The notes under the pieces: generated by a model
What the model was told of the DNA's origin: nothing
What the model saw: only the letters and a program-made list of their open reading frames with translations
Database searches by the model: none
Made by a program: the position numbers and the translations under genes
In this document: positions 17,637-27,496 of the stretch, in pieces
Layout: each line of letters starts with the position of its first letter
Position numbering within the stretch: position 1 is the first letter of the stretch
DNA from: Aliivibrio fischeri ES114
Lineage (GTDB): Bacteria; Pseudomonadota; Gammaproteobacteria; Enterobacterales; Vibrionaceae
NCBI RefSeq assembly: GCF_000011805.1
Contig: NC_006840.2
Direction: 5' to 3' (one strand)
Length of the DNA stretch: 32,000 nt

Positions 17637-18521
17637 TTAGTGTGAACCATCAACAGGAACAACTAATGGTGACTCTTGATTCGTCATTTTAGCCATTAAC
17701 CCACCGATACGTTGACGCATTTCACGACGGTCAACAATCATGTCAATCGCACCATGCTCAAGCAAGAATTCACTACGTTGGAAACCTTCAGGAAGATCTT
17801 CACGCACAGTTTGCTCAATAACACGACGACCAGCAAAGCCGATTAACGCTTTTGGTTCACCGATATTGATATCACCTAGCATTGCTAAACTTGCTGATAC
17901 ACCACCCATTGTTGGGTCAGTTAGTACAGAGAAAAATGGTAGGCCTTTACGAGACAAACGAGCTAGAGCTGCACTTGTTTTTGCCATTTGCATTAGAGAC
18001 ATAAGCGCCTCTTGCATACGTGCACCACCACTTGCAGAGAAACATACAAGAGGACAATTATTTTCAATTGCTGCATCTACCGCTTTAACAAAGCGAGCGC
18101 CAACAACAGAACCCATTGAACCACCCATAAATGAGAATTCAAATGCACATGCAACAACAGGTAATTCTAATAGAGTACCTTTCATTACCACTAGAGCATC
18201 TGTTTCTTCACTTGATTTCTGTGCAGCAGAGATACGATCTTTATAACGTTTTGAATCTTTAAACTTTAAAACATCTTTTGGTTCTAATTCAGCACCAATT
18301 TCAACACGACCTTCTGCATCTAAGAATGTTTCAAGACGCTTACGAGCTTTCATTCGCATATGGTGGTCACATTTTGGACACACTTCTAGGTTACGCTCTA
18401 ATTCTGCAGAATAAAGAACTTGTTCACATGACGTACATTTCGTCCAAACCCCTTCAGGGATCGATGCTTTACGTGAACTAACAATATTGCTTGTATTAAA
18501 AATCTTTTCAAGCCAACTCAT
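17637..18521 (-). CDS. accD: Acetyl-CoA carboxylase carboxyltransferase subunit beta
   Basis: C4 zinc finger CTSCEQVLY...CPKCDHHM; start trimmed to MSWLEKIF at 18521. Confidence 0.97.
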   Translation of the reverse strand: MSWLEKIFNTSNIVSSRKASIPEGVWTKCTSCEQVLYSAELERNLEVCPKCDHHMRMKARKRLETFLDAEGRVEIGAELEPKDVLKFKDSKRYKDRISAAQKSSEETDALVVMKGTLLELPVVACAFEFSFMGGSMGSVVGARFVKAVDAAIENNCPLVCFSASGGARMQEALMSLMQMAKTSAALARLSRKGLPFFSVLTDPTMGGVSASLAMLGDINIGEPKALIGFAGRRVIEQTVREDLPEGFQRSEFLLEHGAIDMIVDRREMRQRIGGLMAKMTNQESPLVVPVDGSH

Positions 18522-18673
18522 GGACGACCTTTCTATTAGTGATCTCTCGCACCATCGCAAGAGAATAAAATTCAATTAAATAGATTAAACCATAAATATC
18601 CGCCAGTGTAGATAAAAAACTGGTTGTACCTATTTTCAATATTGAATCCATCTCTACTTTTCGTAGTGATAAA

Positions 18674-19462
18674 TCAATCATTATCCAGAAATAAAGGACC
18701 TAGTGGTACTCGCGGTAATTCCCATTCTAGCGGGTAATCTACATCCACAAGATACAAACCTTCGGCTTTAGCCGTAGCTCCAGCCAATTTTCGGTCTTTA
18801 GCTTCTAATAACCATTTAATCCATTCTGGTTTTTGCTTTCCTTTGCCTACTTCGATTAAGCTGCCGGTAATATTACGCACCATATGGTGAACAAAAGCGT
18901 TTGCTTTAATATCAATAACAATAAAATCACCATGACGAGTGACTTTTAAGTGCATTAAGTTGCGCCATGGTGAACGTGATTGACAGTGAACGGCACGAAA
19001 TGACGTAAAATCATTTTCGCCTAATAAATATTGACCAGCTTCATGCATTAAATTCGCATCTAACGCATCATGATAATGGCTTACACCATGCCCTAAAATT
19101 GCAGGACGTAAACGATTATTATAGATGATATAGCGATAACGACGAGCAGTAGCGGTAAAACGAGCATGAAAATCCTCATTTACCTCTTTGGCCCAACGAA
19201 CTGCGATGTTCTTTGGTAAGTTCGCATTCGCTCCCATCATCCACGCTGCTAATTTGCGAGAACTTGTTGTATCAAAGTGCACGACTTGTCCTGTACCGTG
19301 AACACCAGCATCCGTTCGACCTGCACAATGAACTTCAATAGGCTCATTAGCAACAATCGTTAATGCTTTTTCCAGTTCTTCTTGGACACTGTTTACATCT
19401 CTTTGACGTTGCCAACCGTAATATTCGGCACCATCATATTCAATACATAGAGCTATTCGCAT
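18674..19462 (-). CDS. truA: tRNA pseudouridine(38-40) synthase TruA
   Basis: [39 protein letters not shown]. Confidence 0.97.
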   Translation of the reverse strand: MRIALCIEYDGAEYYGWQRQRDVNSVQEELEKALTIVANEPIEVHCAGRTDAGVHGTGQVVHFDTTSSRKLAAWMMGANANLPKNIAVRWAKEVNEDFHARFTATARRYRYIIYNNRLRPAILGHGVSHYHDALDANLMHEAGQYLLGENDFTSFRAVHCQSRSPWRNLMHLKVTRHGDFIVIDIKANAFVHHMVRNITGSLIEVGKGKQKPEWIKWLLEAKDRKLAGATAKAEGLYLVDVDYPLEWELPRVPLGPLFLDND

Positions 19463-19498
19463 GATTTCTTTTCTTTTAATTCAATTAAACATCATTAT

Positions 19499-19532
19499 AA
19501 AAAAAGGCGGAGCTCACTGCCACCGCCTTTTT
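19499..19532 (-). terminator. Rho-independent terminator downstream of fimV/hubP
   Basis: AAAAAGGCGG...CCGCCTTTTT hairpin. Confidence 0.8.
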
Positions 19533-19548
19533 AATATTGTTTCTTAAG

Positions 19549-22500
19549 TTAGCCGATTTGTTTCATTAATTTTTCAGCTTCGATTTTTAAGGAAACATCA
19601 TCACTACGAAGAACGTCCTCAAGCAACTCTAAAGCACCTTTATCATCAGACATTTCAATGTATGCTTTTGCTAAATCTAATTTACTTTGAGCATCGCTGT
19701 TTACATCAACATCATGTTCCGCAACGTTGCCTAGCATGTCTGGAAATTCATCCAAACCTACATCTAGATTTAAATCTTCTTCTTCAAAGTCATTTTTATC
19801 GCCCTTTTCAGTTTCAGCAATCAATGCTTCAATACTTAAAAAACGATTCTCGCCATGAGGGTCATTTTCAACATTAGGTTGCTCTGACCAATCTTCATCT
19901 TCAAGAGCTGATTCTGTATTAGAGTGCCCATCAAGACTGAAACCACTCCAATCACTACCACCATCCTCAAGCATACTGTCGATATCTAAGCCAGCGCTAT
20001 CTAGATGAGTTAATGCTTCTTTCTCTTCATCAGAGACTTGCGAAGTAAAATTAAACTCTTCACGAGATGGAGCGATTTCTGTTTCTTCCTCAGTTGAATC
20101 AAGATTAAACGCAGAATCATCGATTTCATTGTCATCATCACCTAGAGCCGCTAATGCATCTTCAATAGATAATCCATCAAACTTTGTATCTTGCTCTTCT
20201 TCGTCGCTATCTAAATCCAATTCAGATACAGAACTTTCTTCTTCACTCTTTTGACTAAAGTCCGTTGCGTTTTGTTCTACAAAATCATCTAGAGAGAAAT
20301 CATTATCATCTTCATCGTCAGTTAATTCTGTAAGTTCAACTGGATCTTCCTCTAAATCAAGCAGGCTTTCATCATCAGCTAGCAGTGAATCAAGATCGTC
20401 TTCATCAAGCGTATCTTCTTCAAGAGCTTCTGTACTTTCAACGCCAGATGCTACTGCTTCTTCAACAGTATCTTCTGCTATTCCTTTAGATTCTGTTGGC
20501 TCTTCAAGTTCAGAAACGTCTGTCTCTTCTACTTCTGACTCAAGCTCTTCATCAAATGAGAATGCGTCTTCACTGTTTTCATTTAACGCTTCATCTTCAT
20601 TTAATGCTTCAAGACCAACTGACTCTTCCTCTAAATCAAGCAGGCTTTCATCATCTGCTAGCAGTGAATCAAGATCGTCTTCATCAAGCGTATCTTCTTC
20701 AAGAGCTTCAGTATTTTCAACGTCAGATGCCACTGCTTCTTCAACAGTATTTTCTGCTATTACTTCAGATTCTGTTGGCTCTTCAAGTTCAGAAACTTTT
20801 GTCTCTTCTACTTCTGACTCAAGCTCTTCATCAAATGAGAATGCATCTTCACTGTTTTCATTTAACGCTTCATCTTCATTTAATGTTTCAAGATCAACTG
20901 ACTCTTCGTCTAAATCAAGTAGGCTTTCATCACCAGCTAATAGCGAATCAAGCGTTACTTCATCAAGATCGTCTTCTTCAAGAGCTTCTGTTCTTTCAAC
21001 TTCAGGAGTTACTGTTTCTTCAGTAACATCTTCTGCCATCACTTCAGGTTCTGTTGGCTCTGCAAGTTCAGAAACGTCTGTTTCTTCTATTTCAGGCTCA
21101 AGTTCTTCGTCGAATGAGAATGCATCTTCACTTTCTTCATTCAGCGCTTCATCTTCATTTAATGCGTCAAGATCAGCAGACTCTTCCTCTAAATCAAGCA
21201 AGCTTTCATCATCAGCTAGCAGTGAATCAAGATCGTCTTCTTCAAACTCTTTTAAAATGTCAGATTCAGAAACAGGTTCAACTGATTCCTCTTCCTGCAT
21301 TTGAGTCTCTGTTGATTCTAATAAATCAGTTTCAGATGTAATTTCATCCTCTTCTGAATCTAGCTCAGAAACGTGCTCATTTTCTGGCTCTGATTCAAAC
21401 AAAGGAATGTCATCTTCGTCTTCTTCATCATCTTCAATTAACCAATCTTCATCTCTAGGGGTGTCTTCAGAAAGCGCTTCTGATGCTGCTACACCGTCAA
21501 CTTCAGCATCAACGCCAGTCTTTCCCAGAGTTTCATTTTCCTCATCAGCATCATCACCAATAAGTTCGTCTAAAAGAGCTGTACTGTCTTCATCCAACTC
21601 AAAGTTATCGTTCTTTTCATCATCATCAGCTAATAACTCATCAAGTAGAGCTGTGCTATCTTCTTCTAATGTGATGTCATCTTCATCATCAAGTTCTTCA
21701 TCATCTAGCAGCTCATCAAGTAAAGCCGTGCTATCAGCATCAATATCTAGATCATCGTCTTGCTCTTCATCAGATTCATCAATTAACTCATCTAATAAAG
21801 CAGTGCTGTTATCTTCTAAATCAAACTCGTCTTCTGTTTCATCATCTGACTCATCTAATAGTTCATCAAGTAATGCCGTACTTTCATCTTCAGAATCTAA
21901 ATCAAGCTCATCTTCAAGATCTGATTCTTTTTCTGATTCTTCGTCTGCCATACCAGAAAGTAATTCATCAAAATCCAATTCATCTTCAAGTGAATCTGTT
22001 TTTGCTTCTACTTCTTCTGTTTCTGGTACAAGCTTAGTCTCTTCATTTTCATCAAGATCCCAACCTTGATCTAGAACAGATTCGTCTTCATCTTCATCGT
22101 CAACTGAAGCGAATAGATCATCTAGCATCGATTGATCAAGTTCACCACCTTCCAGCTCTTCAGTTTCTTCAAGTTCTGGAATTGATGATGCTTTTTCTGA
22201 ATCTGAATCATCAATTAACGATAAGTCAAAATCATCATCTTCTGCTTCTAAATCACTTTCTGAGAATAGGTCACTATCAAAGTCATTCAGTGCTTTTTCC
22301 ATCTCTTCAAGACCAAGCGCTTTCTCTTCTGCACCTACGGTCAAAGCACTTGATGACATATCTAAGTCATCATCAAGATCATCTAATCCGCCAAGTTCTA
22401 AGTCGAGATCACTCTCATCTTCTAAACTCAGAGAATCCAAATCAGAATCTGATTCTAACTCAGCAAATGGGTCTTCATCTGTATTATCGTTATCTGTTTC

Positions 22501-23670
22501 AAACTCAGCAAATAGGTCATCATTTGAATCTGACTGTTCATCAAAAATGAATTCATCATTATTTAAATCGCTAAGAATATCATCATCGTCATCTAAGCTA
22601 ATTTCAGGGATGTCATCATCCATTTTGAAATTATCTTCAGGCATAACTAGTGGTGCTGGTTGTTGCTCTGCTTGAGCTTCGCCTTCGCCTTCTTCTTCCT
22701 CTTTTTTACGACGGAATAAGAAGAATGCAATCAAGCCAGCAATAAGAGCTCCTGGGATTAATGCCAAAGAGGCAATTAAACCAGGGCTAGATGCCAACTT
22801 ATCCATCGCTGTCGGTTCAACTTTTTTCTCAGCGGCTGCAAGTTGTTTTTGTTCATTAATGAATTTTTCTACTTCATTACGAATACGGTCTTCATCACCA
22901 AGTTCACTCTTTAAGTTATCAACTTCATTTTGAACTTGTGCTAATCGCACTCGTAATTGGTGATTGTTTTCTTGAAGTGCGGTGAACTCTTGCTCAGTGG
23001 TATCTAATTCAGACTTTAGAGCAACCACAGTAGAGTTTTGCTCAGCAACTGGCGCAACTGATTTAACCACTTCTTTAGCTGGCTTTTGCTCTTGAACCTT
23101 AGCTTCAGTCTTAGCTGGGGTTACCGCTGGTTTTGGCGTAGGTGCTGGTTTTTCAGTCTTAACAGTTCTTTTAACTTGAGCTTCAGACGCTTTTTGAGCT
23201 GCTAGTTTTTTATTATGCGCAAGCAATAACTGTTTTGCATCATCAGTATTTTCACGTCGAACTTGCTCTAGTGTCGGTAAACGTAATCGGCTATTTGGCT
23301 CTAACCCATGAATGTTGTTATTTTCAAATGCTTGTGGGTTCAAACGATAAATAGCGAGCAGCGTTTGCTGCACAGATGTTGTATTGGATGGATTTACACG
23401 GCTAGCAATTGACCATAATGTTTCGTCTTCTCTAGTCGGCCCATAAATTTTAGTTGATGCTTTTGCTTGTGGTGCTTTTTCAGCGGGTACTGATTTAGTA
23501 TATACCTTAGCTGGCTGTGGTTCAGTTACAACCTGTGAGCTAACGGTTTGGTCCTTACCTTCAGGACCAACGATTTGAATAGTGCTAGCCTGCGCTTGTG
23601 AGCACTGTGCGGCAACGAATAACGCTAAAGGTGTCAGCGTTTTAAATATTTTTTGTGATGCGTCAGACAC
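19549..23670 (-). CDS. fimV: FimV/HubP-family polar landmark protein with very acidic repeat region
   Basis: 1373 aa: signal peptide, LysM-like segment (ETLWSIASRVNPS...), coiled coil, TM (LIASLALIPGALIAGLIAFFLFRRKK), long D/E-rich region, C-terminal TPR-like FimV domain (KLDLAKAYIEMSDDKGALELLEDVL). Confidence 0.93.
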   Translation of the reverse strand: MSDASQKIFKTLTPLALFVAAQCSQAQASTIQIVGPEGKDQTVSSQVVTEPQPAKVYTKSVPAEKAPQAKASTKIYGPTREDETLWSIASRVNPSNTTSVQQTLLAIYRLNPQAFENNNIHGLEPNSRLRLPTLEQVRRENTDDAKQLLLAHNKKLAAQKASEAQVKRTVKTEKPAPTPKPAVTPAKTEAKVQEQKPAKEVVKSVAPVAEQNSTVVALKSELDTTEQEFTALQENNHQLRVRLAQVQNEVDNLKSELGDEDRIRNEVEKFINEQKQLAAAEKKVEPTAMDKLASSPGLIASLALIPGALIAGLIAFFLFRRKKEEEEGEGEAQAEQQPAPLVMPEDNFKMDDDIPEISLDDDDDILSDLNNDEFIFDEQSDSNDDLFAEFETDNDNTDEDPFAELESDSDLDSLSLEDESDLDLELGGLDDLDDDLDMSSSALTVGAEEKALGLEEMEKALNDFDSDLFSESDLEAEDDDFDLSLIDDSDSEKASSIPELEETEELEGGELDQSMLDDLFASVDDEDEDESVLDQGWDLDENEETKLVPETEEVEAKTDSLEDELDFDELLSGMADEESEKESDLEDELDLDSEDESTALLDELLDESDDETEDEFDLEDNSTALLDELIDESDEEQDDDLDIDADSTALLDELLDDEELDDEDDITLEEDSTALLDELLADDDEKNDNFELDEDSTALLDELIGDDADEENETLGKTGVDAEVDGVAASEALSEDTPRDEDWLIEDDEEDEDDIPLFESEPENEHVSELDSEEDEITSETDLLESTETQMQEEESVEPVSESDILKEFEEDDLDSLLADDESLLDLEEESADLDALNEDEALNEESEDAFSFDEELEPEIEETDVSELAEPTEPEVMAEDVTEETVTPEVERTEALEEDDLDEVTLDSLLAGDESLLDLDEESVDLETLNEDEALNENSEDAFSFDEELESEVEETKVSELEEPTESEVIAENTVEEAVASDVENTEALEEDTLDEDDLDSLLADDESLLDLEEESVGLEALNEDEALNENSEDAFSFDEELESEVEETDVSELEEPTESKGIAEDTVEEAVASGVESTEALEEDTLDEDDLDSLLADDESLLDLEEDPVELTELTDDEDDNDFSLDDFVEQNATDFSQKSEEESSVSELDLDSDEEEQDTKFDGLSIEDALAALGDDDNEIDDSAFNLDSTEEETEIAPSREEFNFTSQVSDEEKEALTHLDSAGLDIDSMLEDGGSDWSGFSLDGHSNTESALEDEDWSEQPNVENDPHGENRFLSIEALIAETEKGDKNDFEEEDLNLDVGLDEFPDMLGNVAEHDVDVNSDAQSKLDLAKAYIEMSDDKGALELLEDVLRSDDVSLKIEAEKLMKQIG
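20345..21245 (-). repeat. fimV: Tandem 279-bp (93-aa) repeats inside fimV, about 3.2 copies
   Basis: Anchor aatgcRtcttcact at 20561, 20840 and 21119 (spacing 279 each); copies nearly identical over long stretches. Confidence 0.93.
21544..21895 (-). repeat. fimV: Five short tandem repeats (24-25 aa) with core STALLDELL/I inside fimV
   Basis: STALLDEL cores at about 21578, 21650, 21725, 21800, 21875 (spacing 72, 75, 75, 75 nt). Confidence 0.93.
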
Positions 23671-23775
23671 TAGAGATGCCTCTTAATAAAATGAAAAATC
23701 AATACCTGTGTAACTATATCGGATAATAATAAAAAAACTGTAGTTTTTAAGCAAAAACTGTGTGCTTTATGGAAG

Positions 23776-23805
23776 AAAAAAGCCTTAGTTTTCACTAAGG
23801 CTTTT
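23776..23805. terminator. Rho-independent terminator between asd and fimV
   Basis: AAAAGCCTTAGT-tttc-ACTAAGGCTTTT. Confidence 0.88.
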
Positions 23806-23860
23806 AATTTAAAGTAAATAACGCTCTTTATTTTATAAAAAACAAGTTAACGCATTATTA

Positions 23861-24874
23861 TTAGTAGTAATCACGGATTAACACTTCAGCAATTTGAACT
23901 GCGTTTGTTGCAGCGCCTTTACGTACATTATCTGCAACTACCCACATATTTAAGCCCATTGAATGGCTAATATCTTCACGAATACGAGCCACCATTACGT
24001 GCTCTTTACCCGTAGCGTCGCTTACTTGTGTTGGATAATCATTACCGTGGAAAACTTCGATACCATCGGTTTCTTCAAGTAAACGTGTTGCTTCTGCAGC
24101 ATCGATTGGAGCACGAGTTTCAATATGAACGGCTTCTGCGTGACCGTAGAATACTGGTACACGTACACATGTTGGGTTTACTGTAATCGTATCATCAGCA
24201 AAGATTTTTTGCGTTTCCCACACCATTTTCATTTCTTCTTTGGTGTAGCCGTTATCCATAAACTCATCAATGTGAGGTAAACAGTTAAACGCAATTTGCT
24301 TATCGTAAGCTTTGTTCTCTGCTGGTAAGCCATTTAGCAATTTAGCTGTTTGACCCGCTAGCTCATCAATACCCGCTTTACCTGAACCAGATACTGATTG
24401 GTATGTTGATACGTTGATACGATCAATACCTACAGCATCGTGAATCGGTTTTAAAGCAACTAACATTTGAATCGTTGAACAGTTAGGGTTCGCAATAATA
24501 TTACGATTACGGAAATCAGCTAACGCTTCTGGGTTCACTTCAGGAATCACCAATGGAATATCGTGATCGTAACGGAAGTGTGATGTGTTATCGATAACAA
24601 CGACACCTGAATCCGCTGCGATTGGTGCCCATTTAGCGGATAATTCACCACCTGCTGAAAATAAACCAATTTGTACTTGGCTCCAATCAAACTCTTCTAC
24701 GTTCTCAACGGTTAATGTTTTACCATTAAAACGAACTGTTTTACCTTCACTGCGCTCTGACGCTAAAAGGTATAAATTGCGAACCGGAAAATTACGATCT
24801 TGTAATACTTCTACGATTGCTTCGCCAACGGCACCAGTTGCGCCAAGAATGGCAACATCAAATTCTTGAGTCAT
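23861..24874 (-). CDS. asd: Aspartate-semialdehyde dehydrogenase
   Basis: 337 aa, ILGATGAVGEA, catalytic NPNCSTIQM. Confidence 0.93.
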   Translation of the reverse strand: MTQEFDVAILGATGAVGEAIVEVLQDRNFPVRNLYLLASERSEGKTVRFNGKTLTVENVEEFDWSQVQIGLFSAGGELSAKWAPIAADSGVVVIDNTSHFRYDHDIPLVIPEVNPEALADFRNRNIIANPNCSTIQMLVALKPIHDAVGIDRINVSTYQSVSGSGKAGIDELAGQTAKLLNGLPAENKAYDKQIAFNCLPHIDEFMDNGYTKEEMKMVWETQKIFADDTITVNPTCVRVPVFYGHAEAVHIETRAPIDAAEATRLLEETDGIEVFHGNDYPTQVSDATGKEHVMVARIREDISHSMGLNMWVVADNVRKGAATNAVQIAEVLIRDYY

Positions 24875-26004
24875 TAGACTTCCTCGATTGTAAATCCAAG
24901 TTGTTGTAACGGAGTAAGATCACAGCATTGAGTCCCTGTGATCGTGATAGCACTGTATTCTCTTCTATCCCAATAGTCTTTGCGCATTTTATCAAATGCT
25001 CCGACGGTTGCGATTTCTTTTCGAAATACGGCATCATCTTTTCGCACATCATAGACTAACTGAATCAAATTGTGCAGTGTTGAATGATCCCATTGTTGAT
25101 TTAATGTCACATTCGGAATGGGTGCTATCGGTAATAATGTTTGAGGGTCGGCTCTTTCATTGCGCTTTAAAAACTCACAATAAAAGTTAAATATCATTGT
25201 CGTACCACGCGCTTTCCCCTCTAATCCATATCCTGCAATATGCGGAGTAGCAAAAGATAATAACGGCAATAATTCCATATCAACGTCTGGTTCAAACTCA
25301 AAAACATCCAGTACCGCTTTAAAGCCGTCTTGTTTTAGCAAGCGTTGTTTTAAGGCTTGATTATCTACCACAGGGCCACGGGCAGCATTAATTAATATCT
25401 GATCATTACGTAATTTTGATAATGTCTTTTGTCCAATGAGGTGATGCGTAGGATATTCACCATCACGAGTAATCGGTGTATGAAGAGTGATGACATCTGA
25501 TTTTTCTAGTAATTCATCCAATGCTACGAATGAGCGAGAGTCGCCCTCTTGCTCTTTAATTGGGTCATTCAAAAGATAAGAAATATTCAAAGCATCTAAA
25601 CATTGAGCTAAATAAGACCCAACCTGCCCAGCACCAACAATACCAAAGGTTTTATCGAAAATAGAAAAACCATGTTGTTGAGCTAATACCATTAAACAGC
25701 TTAGTACATACTCTGCCACCCCTACTTTGTTACAACCCGGAGCCGCGGTAAAAAAGATGCCTTTCTCTTTCAACAATGCTTGATCAACATGATCCATACC
25801 CGCTGTTGCCGTACCAACAAATTTAAGTTTATTGGCTTTTTCAATCAATTCAGCATTCACTTTCGTTACTGAACGAATCATTAATGCATCAACATCAATC
25901 AGATCGTCAGCGGTTAATGTTCTGCCTGATTTAGCAATAACTTCGCCTAATCCACTAAACAGTTCAGCAGCATAAGGCATATTTTCATCAATCAGTATTT
26001 TCAT
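24874..26004 (-). CDS. pdxB: Erythronate-4-phosphate dehydrogenase
   Basis: [35 protein letters not shown]; stop/start overlap TAATG with asd. Confidence 0.96.
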   Translation of the reverse strand: MKILIDENMPYAAELFSGLGEVIAKSGRTLTADDLIDVDALMIRSVTKVNAELIEKANKLKFVGTATAGMDHVDQALLKEKGIFFTAAPGCNKVGVAEYVLSCLMVLAQQHGFSIFDKTFGIVGAGQVGSYLAQCLDALNISYLLNDPIKEQEGDSRSFVALDELLEKSDVITLHTPITRDGEYPTHHLIGQKTLSKLRNDQILINAARGPVVDNQALKQRLLKQDGFKAVLDVFEFEPDVDMELLPLLSFATPHIAGYGLEGKARGTTMIFNFYCEFLKRNERADPQTLLPIAPIPNVTLNQQWDHSTLHNLIQLVYDVRKDDAVFRKEIATVGAFDKMRKDYWDRREYSAITITGTQCCDLTPLQQLGFTIEEV

Positions 26005-26043
26005 CTCTTACTCATCTATCCTTTTGACTTATGGCTTGAGTTT

Positions 26044-26075
26044 ATACCAATGTAACTAATTAATGGAATTGGTAT
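26044..26075. repeat. Palindrome ATACCAAT...ATTGGTAT (TATACCAAT-type dispersed element)
   Basis: 8-bp perfect terminal arms; located upstream of pdxB. Confidence 0.6.
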
Positions 26076-26103
26076 CATCACTTCCATAACAGAAAATAGG
26101 TAT

Positions 26104-26133
26104 AAAAAAACCCAGTCAATTTAAGTGACTGGG
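26104..26133 (-). terminator. Rho-independent terminator downstream of fabB
   Basis: CCCAGTCA-atttaag-TGACTGGG followed on minus strand by T7. Confidence 0.82.
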
Positions 26134-26164
26134 CTTTTACTATTTGTTTTCAGTGATGACGCTA

Positions 26165-27376
26165 TTACGCTTCGTATTTCTTAATAACTAGCGTTGCGTT
26201 TGTACCACCAAAACCGAAGCTGTTTGACATTACTGTGTTCAGTGCTTGATCACGTTTTTCAGTTACGATATCAAGACCTTCAGCTGCTGGGTCTAGCGTT
26301 TCAACGTTGATGCTTGGTGCAATGAAACCGTGCTCTAACATTAGTGTTGAGTAAATCGCTTCATGAACACCAGCCGCGCCTAGTGCGTGACCTGTCATTG
26401 CTTTAGTTGCAGAAATTGCAGGGCTGTTAGCACCAAATACTTCTTGGATTGCGCCTAGCTCTTTTGCATCACCTACAGGTGTTGATGTGCCGTGAGTGTT
26501 CACGTAATCAACGCTGTCTACGTTTTGCATTGCCATTTTCATACAACGAACTGCACCTTCGCCTGATGGAGCTACCATGTCGTAACCATCAGATGTTGCA
26601 CCGTAACCTACGATTTCACCGTAAATTTTAGCGCCACGAGCAAGTGCGTGCTCAAGTTCTTCGATAACTAGCATACCGCCACCACCAGAAATTACGAAAC
26701 CATCGCGGTCTGCATCATAAGTACGTGATGCTTTTTCTGGAGTATCGTTATACTTAGATGATAATGCTCCCATTGCATCAAACATCATAGTAAGAGACCA
26801 ATCTAGCTCTTCACCGCCACCAGCAAACATTACGTCTTGTTTACCTAGTTGGATAAGCTCTACTGCGTGGCCAATACAGTGTGCAGATGTTGCACAAGCT
26901 GAACTCATTGAGTAGTTCACGCCTTTAATTTTAAACGGTGTTGCAAGACATGCAGAAACCGTTGACGCCATTGTACGTGGAACCATGTAAGGACCAACAC
27001 GCTTAACGCCTTTCTCACGCAAGATATCAACTGCGTTTACTTGGTTTAGTGATGATGCACCACCAGAACCCGCAACAATACCTGTACGTTCATTTGAAAC
27101 TTGATCTTCTGTTAAGCCAGAATCCGCTACTGCTTGCTCCATTGAGATGTAAGCAAATGCAGCCGCATCACCCATGAAACGCATTTTTTTGCGGTCAATG
27201 TGATCAGCAGGGTTCATTTTCAAATCGCCCCAAACATTACTGCGCAGACCTTTTTCAGCAAACTGCTCAGAGAAGTTAATGCCTGATTTACCTGCTTTCA
27301 GAGACTCTAATACTTCTTCTGCATTGTTACCGATACTTGAAACAATGCCCATGCCTGTAATTACGGCTCTTTTCAT
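26165..27376 (-). CDS. fabB: 3-oxoacyl-ACP synthase I
   Basis: 403 aa, [51 protein letters not shown]. Confidence 0.97.
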   Translation of the reverse strand: MKRAVITGMGIVSSIGNNAEEVLESLKAGKSGINFSEQFAEKGLRSNVWGDLKMNPADHIDRKKMRFMGDAAAFAYISMEQAVADSGLTEDQVSNERTGIVAGSGGASSLNQVNAVDILREKGVKRVGPYMVPRTMASTVSACLATPFKIKGVNYSMSSACATSAHCIGHAVELIQLGKQDVMFAGGGEELDWSLTMMFDAMGALSSKYNDTPEKASRTYDADRDGFVISGGGGMLVIEELEHALARGAKIYGEIVGYGATSDGYDMVAPSGEGAVRCMKMAMQNVDSVDYVNTHGTSTPVGDAKELGAIQEVFGANSPAISATKAMTGHALGAAGVHEAIYSTLMLEHGFIAPSINVETLDPAAEGLDIVTEKRDQALNTVMSNSFGFGGTNATLVIKKYEA

Positions 27377-27496
27377 GATTCTTTCCTAATAAGTCATAAA
27401 TCTTGGTAGATAATAGCGAAGATAGCACAACAAAGTGGTCAGCTTTCCTATAAGTCGTTAAAATCCGACGTAGATTATCTTTAATGGTACAAATTT

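Noticed and set aside
17740-18481. + strand ORFs over accD (168 aa and 67 aa)
   Set aside because: Antisense of accD; composition consistent with reversed codon structure, no family resemblance.
20345-21245. Regular direct repeats considered as a CRISPR-like or satellite array
   Set aside because: Units are 279 bp, in frame with a continuous 1373-aa ORF and without spacers; explained by protein repeats.
20496-21341. Two + strand ORFs (20496-21026, 21054-21341) with repeated MALQVQKRL...LHQMRMRLHCFH units
   Set aside because: Antisense shadow of the fimV 279-bp tandem repeats, not an independent repeat protein.
21407-22069. 220-aa + strand ORF made almost entirely of serine (MSSSSSSSSSSINQ...)
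   Set aside because: Exact antisense of the D/E codon-rich fimV region (GAx codons read backwards give TCx Ser); low complexity, no separate initiation context.
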